NCBI GenBank assembly: GCA_050251055.1 | Contig: JBFWNL010000001.1 | Span: 555,825-619,824, forward strand | Length of the DNA stretch: 64,000 nucleotides | Origin: Bacteriovoracia bacterium | GTDB taxonomy: Bacteria > Bdellovibrionota > UBA1018 > JBFWNL01 | Direction of reading: 5' to 3' | Part shown: piece by piece, positions 56,466 to 64,000 of the stretch | Layout of the letters: each line of letters starts with the position of its first letter | How positions within the stretch are numbered: position 1 is the first letter of the stretch | Notes under the pieces: model-generated | The model's input: the letters and a program-made list of their open reading frames with translations, nothing else | What the model was told of the DNA's origin: nothing | Databases searched by the model: none | Translations under genes and position numbers: made by a program

Positions 56466-57260
56466 CTAGAACAAGAACAAACTCAAGCCCATGGTAAAGA
56501 CGTTACTCCAGTTCGTTCTCCGGGTCACGAAAGCATTCGTACCGTTGAAGCGGTCGACGATGTTTTCGTTATACCGAGTGAACCGGTAATCTAACCGGAA
56601 GGCGAGGTTCTGACTCAAATAGATCTGCTGGCCAAGGCCAAACAGCAAGGTGCCTTCCTTGCCGCTTTCGGTGCCCGTGGCGCCGCCACCGGCGTTGATA
56701 TGAAAATCATAATAAAGGATCTGCTTACCGATGAAGCTGAGCTTTCCGTAAATCACGCTGGCGCTGACTTCAGCGCCGGCGAACCACTGGGGAAGATTGT
56801 AGTTAGCGTCCGCTCCGGCAACCGATTGACGGAAGTTCTCTAGCGCGCTCGAAGGTCCGGCATAGGACTTCCAGCCGATCATATGCACGGACAGGTATTC
56901 GGAGAAGTGGAAGCCGACGGAACCCCCGACGTTCTTCACGCTTAAGAACGGATCGGTGCTGACAAAGCCGCCGAAGAGGGAAACTTCCAAGCGCTTTTCC
57001 TTGGAGTAAATGCGGTTCTGGACGACGTCGAAATCTTTGCCTTGTCCCCAGTACTGCTTTTTGAACTTCTCGACGTCAACGCGCTTGGCGGGATCGGTTT
57101 CCTCGGCTTCCGCCGCGTTGGCCGCAATCGACTTCACGGCTGCGAAACTCACGCCTAGACAGATACCTATGACGAAGGCCCAGCCGGAGAGCTTGATATC
57201 TCGATATACCTTGGGGTGACGACGTTTAATGCGCTTCTTGATGCTTTTCAGTGTTGCCAT
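56466..57260 (-). CDS. Outer-membrane beta-barrel protein of the myxobacterial/Bdellovibrio gliding type (GltA/B/H-like)
   Basis: VVQNRIYSKEKRLE...DPF...GFHFSE...YGKLSF...YDF pattern with terminal aromatic residue. ATG 57260 with GAGGTG SD. Confidence 0.78.
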   Translation of the reverse strand: MATLKSIKKRIKRRHPKVYRDIKLSGWAFVIGICLGVSFAAVKSIAANAAEAEETDPAKRVDVEKFKKQYWGQGKDFDVVQNRIYSKEKRLEVSLFGGFVSTDPFLSVKNVGGSVGFHFSEYLSVHMIGWKSYAGPSSALENFRQSVAGADANYNLPQWFAGAEVSASVIYGKLSFIGKQILYYDFHINAGGGATGTESGKEGTLLFGLGQQIYLSQNLAFRLDYRFTRYNENIVDRFNGTNAFVTRRTNWSNVFTMGLSLFLF

Positions 57261-57287
57261 GAATACCACCTCAACCCATACCCCGGC

Positions 57288-58937
57288 TTAAAGCCGGCGG
57301 AAAACGAACGGATAAGTCACCGCCACATCCACGTTTCCTTTGGGGCGCGGGAACTGCCAAGACGACAACCGTTTCGTCACGCATTGATCCAACTCTTTGT
57401 CGCTCACCGAGGAGGCCTTGATCAAAGTGCTCTCCACGCTGCCACGTTTGCCGATCGTGAAGCCAACCAGCACCTTGCCTTCGATGCTGGGCTTCTTGAG
57501 GATCGACGTTTCGTAACAGTAGCGAATCTCATGCATGTGCTTGTTGATCACGTCCCACACTTCTTTTTTACTCAAACCTTCGGCCACGGTCGGCAACACG
57601 CCGTCGTCGGTGCCGACGGAAACGAACGAGCTGCCGCGGGCGCCCTTGCCTTCACCCTGGGTCGTGCCCATGCGGTAGTTGGCGCCGTTGGTGCCGTTTT
57701 CGCTGCCGCCGGTGGTGTACGCCACCTGGAGGTTCTGCTTGCCGAAGGAGGTCACGCCGGAAGATCCGGGCGCCACCGCCGCGCGCTCGCCTTGGAACAC
57801 GCTGCCGCCCTGCTTTGGGCTGTCGGCCAATAGATTATTCTTGAGGGCCATGAGACCCGCCATGGACTTCTGCAGCTGCTTCACCTTCGAAATCGCCGCG
57901 GACTCCTTCGGCTCGGCATTCGCCACGGTCTGCACCGAGATCGGGCCGGGTTTCTTCATTTTGGATGGCGACTCCGCCTTGGCGGGCTTGCCGGACTTGC
58001 TGCGGTCACGCGACGGCGTGTCGAGCGGAGCCGGCGCCGGGTTCTTCACCTGGGGCGCGTTGACGGCCACGTCGGTCTTCTGCTCGGTCATCGGCTGGAC
58101 TTCCCGCGGAGCCTCGGCCGGGCTCACCGGCAGGCGATCGCGCGAGATCTCGATCCGGGCGAACTGAAGCTTTTCTTCCTCTTTCTCCTCCGTCGGTGCG
58201 ATGAACGTAGTGAGGAAAGCGAGCATGAAGGCCACGGCGACGCCCACGTTGGTATTACGGTAAGCCTTCTTGAACCAGAGCGATTCTGGATCGATCTCGA
58301 GCTTGCCGGCGATCGGCGCGGCTTCTTTGCGGATGCGCTTGAAGGTCCAGCTACGCAAGCCGTACTCAATGGTCAGCAACCCGAGCTCACTATCGACGAG
58401 TTCGAAGCTCGAGTCCCGGCGAATATTCTCGCTAGCCAGGCGAGCCACGCCCTTGAGCTTGACGGCTTCGTTTTGAATCTCCAGCGTGAAACCCGTCTTG
58501 CCGGGCTTAAGGGTGAACAAACGGCGGCGCTCCTGGCGTACGGTAATCATCTCGGAGATCGCCTGCGTGTCGTAAACCGTGCTGCCCGTCGACTCGACCA
58601 TGCACCAGACCGCGTCCACCGAAGCCGACTCGCCCTCGGGCAGGACGTTTTGGGCCGAAAGCATCGACGGCAATAGCTGCGCCGGTAGAATTTGGATCGT
58701 GAGCGGTTCAGACTTGTCTTCTTCGAAGGTCGGCAGGCGCACTTCGCGACGCTCGTTAATGACGCTTTCCTTGAACTTCAAGGTGTGGCCGCTGGTATGC
58801 TTTAGGAAATACCCTTCCTGGTTTTTTGAAAGCGTCCATGGCATCTGGTAGCCCAAGCGGATCGGCCGGGAGCCGTCCCAGAGCTCGGTGCGGACCAGGT
58901 CATTGACTTTTACGGCGACGATGTGTGTAGTTCTCAT
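57288..58937 (-). CDS. TonB-like protein with AgmX/PglI C-terminal domain (GltG/GltJ-like)
   Basis: Single TM helix, Pro/Lys/Gly-rich linker, C-terminal GLSKKEV..VI..H..EIRYCYE...GKV...LDQCV...WQFPRP.G...VTYPFVF. Confidence 0.85.
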   Translation of the reverse strand: MRTTHIVAVKVNDLVRTELWDGSRPIRLGYQMPWTLSKNQEGYFLKHTSGHTLKFKESVINERREVRLPTFEEDKSEPLTIQILPAQLLPSMLSAQNVLPEGESASVDAVWCMVESTGSTVYDTQAISEMITVRQERRRLFTLKPGKTGFTLEIQNEAVKLKGVARLASENIRRDSSFELVDSELGLLTIEYGLRSWTFKRIRKEAAPIAGKLEIDPESLWFKKAYRNTNVGVAVAFMLAFLTTFIAPTEEKEEEKLQFARIEISRDRLPVSPAEAPREVQPMTEQKTDVAVNAPQVKNPAPAPLDTPSRDRSKSGKPAKAESPSKMKKPGPISVQTVANAEPKESAAISKVKQLQKSMAGLMALKNNLLADSPKQGGSVFQGERAAVAPGSSGVTSFGKQNLQVAYTTGGSENGTNGANYRMGTTQGEGKGARGSSFVSVGTDDGVLPTVAEGLSKKEVWDVINKHMHEIRYCYETSILKKPSIEGKVLVGFTIGKRGSVESTLIKASSVSDKELDQCVTKRLSSWQFPRPKGNVDVAVTYPFVFRRL

Positions 58938-61900
58938 GGCTCGTACCTAATCCCGCGCAGGGTGTTCTCCAGTTCCCTGTCGAACGAGATCTCCTTTGAA
59001 TAAATGTGTTCGCGTTTCTTTTGTTTCCACTTGGCGGCGACCGATCCGTCCGGTCCCTGGGCCTTGTTCACGCCCTCCACCACGCCATCTTCGAAATCCA
59101 GTTTCTTGCCGCGCGTGTTCTTTTCCGCTTCGACCACTTCATTGCTGGCGGCTTGGGCGGCGTCCACGCCCCAGAAAGTCCGAACGACGGTGACCGCAAT
59201 CAGGCCCACGCCGGTGAAAGTCGGCCGGCTGACCGTAATCCACTTGCGCGCGTCGCTATCGAAGCGATCTTGCGACTCCTTCAACTCGTGGAGGGCTTCC
59301 GCCTTGGCTCCGGCCACGGCGAGCGAGATGGCGCGCATCACGCCAAGCACTCCCTTGGAAATGGAGTCCGTCTGCTCCGCGCGCTCGAGCACGTAGCCGA
59401 TTTGCGGCCAGTGGCGAGCCTTGAGCGCCGAAACCCACTTCGCCTTCAGGGCGCGGATGAAATTACCGTCGCGGTTATCGAGCTCGCTCCAAAAGCCGGA
59501 AGGATCGATCTTGCTCAAGATGCCCAGGGCGGCGCTGAGGTCGGAGAAATCGCGCAGCCGATTGCCGTAAACGTCTTCGTGCTTATCCGCATCCTTACCC
59601 GCCGGGGCGGCGCCCGGGATCGTCTGGGAGACCCGAACGAAGTCTGGGTCATCGGAACCGAAGGCCTTGACGATGTCGAGGGCCTTTTTATGAAGCTTCA
59701 GGGCCGACATCTGGAACGGCTTCACCACGTCGATGAGGGTCGAAGCATAGATTTTCTGTTCTTCGAGGTTCAGGCCTTCCGGAACCGGCACGGCTTGGAC
59801 ATCGGCGGCGAGATCCAAGTACATGCCGGCGATCTCATTCACCACCTTCGCGTGGACGCGGGCGAATGGGATCTTGAGCATGCCTTCGGATTGTTCCTCG
59901 ATCGACTTGATCTGCCTCACGCGGGCGCCGATGCTCTTGGCTTCGGCTTCCACTTGAATCTTACGGATGCTTTCCCGGGCGTTCTGCACGGCCGCCTGAA
60001 CCATATCCGGCACGTCATGTACGAGGCTAAAACGGGTGAGGCTGTCGAACTTCGTCCAGTAGCTGGCGAACTCGGAAACGACGGTCACGCGGCGCTTATA
60101 CGAAGCATTTTTGGCGTTCTTCAGGTCGACCAAGGCCCAAAGCGCCTTGCCTTTTTCCGACATGATCCGGCGCTTAACGCCCCGGAAGGGCTCATCTTTG
60201 CGCAAGGCATGCAGCGCCACGTAGCGGTCACACTCCTCGACGATGTCTTCGAGGCAAACCTTCTTGTTCTTCATCACGCCAATGAAGAGAGGCTCGTCCT
60301 CGGAAAGCCAAGCGAGCTGGGCAATCTTCCGACGCATGGTGCGGGAAGCTTCGGCGTCACCCGAGGTGTGGATCTTGAGATAGTCGCGGGCAGCGTGCCC
60401 GAAGTCGAAATTGTCCTCGAAAGTGCTCGCGCGCAGCTTCATGGAATCCGCGAAGTAGCGGGAGTCCGGCATCTCCTCCACCGTACGGGTCAGGGTCTGC
60501 AGCGCAACTTCGGTGCGTCCCAGCGCGATCGCCGAGCGGGCGACTAGGTTCAGCCAGTCCGCCTTGTGGCGCGGGTTCGCCAGAAAGTCCACCTCGTCAT
60601 CGGACTTATCGATGACTTCCTTATACTGTTTCGCGTTGAAAAGGCCTTCCGCGATCTTATAAGCCGAGTCGGAGCGCGACTTCTTGAGCGACTCGGAGAA
60701 CTTGGTGCGGTTTAGATCCGGCATGCGCAAGAAACGGCTCGAAAGGTCGAAAACCAGGTCCCAACGCTCGCTGGCGATCATCGTATCCACCACCAGGGCC
60801 GCCGACGGTTGCGCGTATTGCGATGTCGGGTAACGCTCGACGAAGGCCAGGAAACGCTTGGAAGCGTCTTCCACGTGACCGCGGGCGTACTGCGTGCGCA
60901 TGGACTGGTATACGAAGAAATTCATCTTTTCGCGGAGCGGATTCTTCTCGTCGATCATGCCATCCACCTGGGCCACGAGCTTGTTCCATTCCGTATAGGC
61001 GGCCGGAAGTTCCGACGGCTTGGACCGCGCCACGGCTACGGGATCGACGCTTTCGGCGATCTTGCCGTCTCGATTGAGCGCATCATATAAGATCGAAACC
61101 GACTTCAAACCCGCTTCGGAAATATTGATGCCCGCCTTGTTAGCCAGGCTCGAACCGTGGCGGATGTTGTTGATGAGCCAACGATAGTGCGCCACCGCCT
61201 GCTGCGGCTGCTGCAATCCTGCGAAGGACTCGCCCAAATTATAATGAGCCTGCACGATGCGATGATCGCGCCGTTCCGCGACGGTTAGGAAAGTCTTATA
61301 GAGCCCAATGAGAATGGCGTAATAAGCGCGATTCGGCGAATTGGGCTGTTTTTTGATCTGCGCCTGGATCTTGTTGACCGAGGTCAAGAGAAAGTCTTCG
61401 GCGATATCGAACGGATACTTGCCGGCCTTGTCCTGCTTGAGCTTCGCCAGATCGTTCAACGTTTCTTGCGCGGCCTTGAAGTTGTACTTATTGAGTTCGT
61501 CTTCCAGCACGGTCACGAGAACCGTGAGGCAGATCGGGTCATCCGGACGCTTCTGGATGACGCTTTTCTTCCAGACCGCGAGCTCGCCTTGCTTATTTTC
61601 GGAACGCAGCAGCTTGGTGAAGCGGATGAGCATCTGCCCCAAGACGTTGTCGCCTTGGGCGCCGCCGGAATTCAACTTACCGAAGAAGTCGACCGCGTCT
61701 TCGATCGCGTATTCGCCCGCCTTTAGGTTATAGGCACGCATGTAGAACATCGTCGAATCCAGCAGCATCTCGTCGCGGTGCAGGGTCGTGGCGACCTTCT
61801 TTTTCGCGTGCGCTTCGTCGATCTGGACGTTTTGGTACTTCACATAAAGCTTCACATAACGGAAAGATTCATCGAGCTTGTCGAGTTGGTAGTGCGCCCA

Positions 61901-62563
61901 GGCCGTCTTTTGGAGGGCGTAAGGATAATATTCGCGATCCGACTTGTCGCGCTCGAGGTAGTGCAAATACGGCAGCGCTTCTTCCGGCTTGTTACGCTCG
62001 AAAGCGAACTCCGAGAGCGACCAGTAGACGGCCTTGATGCCCGAGTACTCAGGAAAGCGCTGGATGACGATGAGATAATCCGCGATGGCTTCATTGCGTT
62101 TGCCGACTTCGTTATAGGCGCGGCCACGCATCGCGTAGGCGAGCGGAATCTCGTAGTGATTTGGATAGCGCGTGATGACATCGCTCAGCGTCTTCACCGA
62201 CTGATTGAGTTGCTTCTGTGACGGCGCGAGATTGATGCGTTTTTTGGCGAAGTAGGCCTCGGCGTGGGCGATGCGGAATAAGGATTCGGCTTTTTCCTGC
62301 TCCAAGGTGGCCATGCGCATGAGCAGGCCCGCTTCCTCTTTGGTGCCGACGCGCTTCTTGATCAGGATCTTGAGCTTCGAAATGGCCGCCTGCTGGTAGG
62401 TAGTGGCGGCGGTATCGGCCGCCGCCTTCGGCGCCGCGCGCGGGACGCCGCGCGAGTCAAGCTCCAGATTCTCCTGGTCGAATGGTCCGGCCACGGAAGA
62501 CAGGGACGCTCCCCACGCCGCGAAGAAGATCAAAGTAGTGATGGCGACGCGAATGAAGCTCAT
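58934..62563 (-). CDS. Large exported TPR protein (GltD/AgmU-like) with C-terminal GltF/CglF-like extension
   Basis: 1209 aa with signal peptide and multiple TPRs. PVPEGLNLEEQKIY motif. C-terminal KKLDFEDGVVEG segment. Confidence 0.75.
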   Translation of the reverse strand: MSFIRVAITTLIFFAAWGASLSSVAGPFDQENLELDSRGVPRAAPKAAADTAATTYQQAAISKLKILIKKRVGTKEEAGLLMRMATLEQEKAESLFRIAHAEAYFAKKRINLAPSQKQLNQSVKTLSDVITRYPNHYEIPLAYAMRGRAYNEVGKRNEAIADYLIVIQRFPEYSGIKAVYWSLSEFAFERNKPEEALPYLHYLERDKSDREYYPYALQKTAWAHYQLDKLDESFRYVKLYVKYQNVQIDEAHAKKKVATTLHRDEMLLDSTMFYMRAYNLKAGEYAIEDAVDFFGKLNSGGAQGDNVLGQMLIRFTKLLRSENKQGELAVWKKSVIQKRPDDPICLTVLVTVLEDELNKYNFKAAQETLNDLAKLKQDKAGKYPFDIAEDFLLTSVNKIQAQIKKQPNSPNRAYYAILIGLYKTFLTVAERRDHRIVQAHYNLGESFAGLQQPQQAVAHYRWLINNIRHGSSLANKAGINISEAGLKSVSILYDALNRDGKIAESVDPVAVARSKPSELPAAYTEWNKLVAQVDGMIDEKNPLREKMNFFVYQSMRTQYARGHVEDASKRFLAFVERYPTSQYAQPSAALVVDTMIASERWDLVFDLSSRFLRMPDLNRTKFSESLKKSRSDSAYKIAEGLFNAKQYKEVIDKSDDEVDFLANPRHKADWLNLVARSAIALGRTEVALQTLTRTVEEMPDSRYFADSMKLRASTFEDNFDFGHAARDYLKIHTSGDAEASRTMRRKIAQLAWLSEDEPLFIGVMKNKKVCLEDIVEECDRYVALHALRKDEPFRGVKRRIMSEKGKALWALVDLKNAKNASYKRRVTVVSEFASYWTKFDSLTRFSLVHDVPDMVQAAVQNARESIRKIQVEAEAKSIGARVRQIKSIEEQSEGMLKIPFARVHAKVVNEIAGMYLDLAADVQAVPVPEGLNLEEQKIYASTLIDVVKPFQMSALKLHKKALDIVKAFGSDDPDFVRVSQTIPGAAPAGKDADKHEDVYGNRLRDFSDLSAALGILSKIDPSGFWSELDNRDGNFIRALKAKWVSALKARHWPQIGYVLERAEQTDSISKGVLGVMRAISLAVAGAKAEALHELKESQDRFDSDARKWITVSRPTFTGVGLIAVTVVRTFWGVDAAQAASNEVVEAEKNTRGKKLDFEDGVVEGVNKAQGPDGSVAAKWKQKKREHIYSKEISFDRELENTLRGIRYEP

Positions 62564-62572
62564 TTTACCGCC

Positions 62573-63082
62573 CTACTCCTCTTTCACCACGGCGAGTTTA
62601 AAATCCGAATAGCCTTGCACCGCCGCCGAGGCGAGCACGGTTTGGATCGTGCGGTACGGCGAACGACGGTCCGCCACCACCCATACGCTTTTGCCGACCT
62701 TCGCTTCGTCTTTCTTCAGTTCCGAAAAACTCTTGATGAGAACTTTAGAAGTCGTGGTCTCGTCCGAGCTGCCGTTGAGATCGGCGGCCGGGAATCGGAA
62801 GTCTTGCAGGTCGGCCAGCTTCTGCCCATCGATCGAGACGCCGCCCGCACCGATTTCCACGCGGATGCCGTCCTTGCCGTTCGTGCTGGCTTGAATCTCG
62901 GGCAGGTGAATCCCTTTCGGAACCGAGATATTCTCGACCGTCGAGATTCCGCTCGAAAAGCTCTTAAGCAGGAACACTAGGACAACCATCAGGATGTCCG
63001 CCAGTGACGTGATCTGCAGGCTGACTTCGGCGCCGTGATCTTGGGCCTTACCTTTGCTTTTTCGAATGCGTCTGAGAAACAT
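62573..63082 (-). CDS. ExbD/TolR family protein (AglS/AglV-like)
   Basis: LQITSLADILMVVLVFLLKSF with conserved TM Asp, and ADRRSPY. Confidence 0.88.
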   Translation of the reverse strand: MFLRRIRKSKGKAQDHGAEVSLQITSLADILMVVLVFLLKSFSSGISTVENISVPKGIHLPEIQASTNGKDGIRVEIGAGGVSIDGQKLADLQDFRFPAADLNGSSDETTTSKVLIKSFSELKKDEAKVGKSVWVVADRRSPYRTIQTVLASAAVQGYSDFKLAVVKEE

Positions 63083-63142
63083 GCAAAACCCCCATCTCCC
63101 TCGAAACCTGGTTAGCGGCGAAACCGCCGCGGCGTTTTCCGC

Positions 63143-63601
63143 TTAGAAGCCGCCGAGCACCACGTCCGGGTGAGTGTTACGCGTGGCTTCCATAGTCTTG
63201 ACGACATCCTGGTAAGCCACGTCACGCGCGCTTACCAAGGTGGCGGTCTTCACCTTAGGCCAAGCAGACTGTACCTTCTTAAGCTCGCTTTTGAGCCGAT
63301 CGAAATTCCACTGGTTGTTCACCGATCCCACGCGAATCTCATTCTGGGCGCCCGATCCGGTCAGCTTGATGCTGAGGTCGTGGTTCATCGACATCTGCAC
63401 GCTGATCTTCACCGGGTCTTCCGATTCGGAAGACGTCGCGCCCACGGCACTAGATACGTTGACGTTCAAGATGCCGATCGAGATATAGAGTCCCGAAGCT
63501 AGGATGAACGTCACCAGGATCGTCAAGCAGTCCACGATCGGAACGATGTTGATTTCGAAGTCGAGCTTGCTGCCGCTCTGACCGAATTTCTTGAATTTCA
63601 T
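63143..63601 (-). CDS. ExbD/TolR family protein (AglQ/AglS-like)
   Basis: INIVPIVDCLTILVTFIL, and DVAYQDVVKTME. Confidence 0.9.
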   Translation of the reverse strand: MKFKKFGQSGSKLDFEINIVPIVDCLTILVTFILASGLYISIGILNVNVSSAVGATSSESEDPVKISVQMSMNHDLSIKLTGSGAQNEIRVGSVNNQWNFDRLKSELKKVQSAWPKVKTATLVSARDVAYQDVVKTMEATRNTHPDVVLGGF

Positions 63602-64000
63602 TAGGCGACTCCCCGGCCCTTGCCCGATTGTTCGCGATAATTCTTATTCAAGGCGGCGGCTTCCGTTTCGAAGTAACGCTGCTTGATGATATCGAGCACG
63701 CGAACGGCCGACGATTCGACCTCGGACACTAGACGGGTAGTTTTATTGATCAGGAAGCTGAAAGCGATCATGCACGGAATCGCCACGCCGAGACCGAGCA
63801 TGGTGGCGTGCATGGCTTGCGAAATACCTTCGGCCAAGGCCGTCGTCTTCGCGCCGCCTTCCTCCAAGCCGATGGCCCGAAAGGACTCGACGAGGCCGGC
63901 GATCGTGCCTAAGAGACCTAACAACGTCGCGACGTTCGCGATCATCGCCAAGAAGCCCGTACGCTTCTGGATCTTCTGCGATTCCTCTTCTACGGCCAGC
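63601..64000 (-). CDS. MotA/TolQ/ExbB proton channel protein (AglR-like), 5' part outside window
   Basis: KRTGFLAMIANVATLLGLLGTIAGL...LAEGISQAMHATMLGLGVAIP. Stop overlaps the next ATG (TAATG). Confidence 0.92.
   Translation of the reverse strand, partial: LAVEEESQKIQKRTGFLAMIANVATLLGLLGTIAGLVESFRAIGLEEGGAKTTALAEGISQAMHATMLGLGVAIPCMIAFSFLINKTTRLVSEVESSAVRVLDIIKQRYFETEAAALNKNYREQSGKGRGVA

Overview
A GC-rich bacterial chromosomal window. Its gene content (Glt/Agl gliding-type envelope operon, CUB-tailed subtilisins, vWA lipoprotein, many secreted orphans) suggests a Bdellovibrionota-like predator; this taxonomy is inferred, not database-checked. The housekeeping backbone comprises a thiolase, htrA, yceD-rpmF-fabH-fabD-fabG-acpP-fabF-rpiB, glyA, nrdR-nusB, hldD and tgt-yajC-secD-secF-recJ. 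It also carries a complete reductive pyrimidine catabolism set (preTA, hydA, ureidopropionase, class III aminotransferase, mmsA). I found no tRNA, rRNA, CRISPR array or mobile element. The most notable items are: (1) an unannotated structured RNA candidate at about 23351-23475, behind a perfect sigma54 -24/-12 promoter with repeated upstream boxes and divergent from a GAF-AAA+ activator with a non-canonical GAATGT loop; (2) a DUF692/MNIO RiPP cluster with two tandem six-Cys bufferin-like precursors, a YceI protein and an unusual sigma4/zinc anti-sigma fusion; (3) a signal-peptide-bearing 996-aa dikinase with glucan-water-dikinase-like domain order; (4) a probable CTG-initiated mepA coupled to preA; (5) a gliding TPR protein apparently fused to a GltF/CglF-like peptide. 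All family assignments come from motif recognition by eye.
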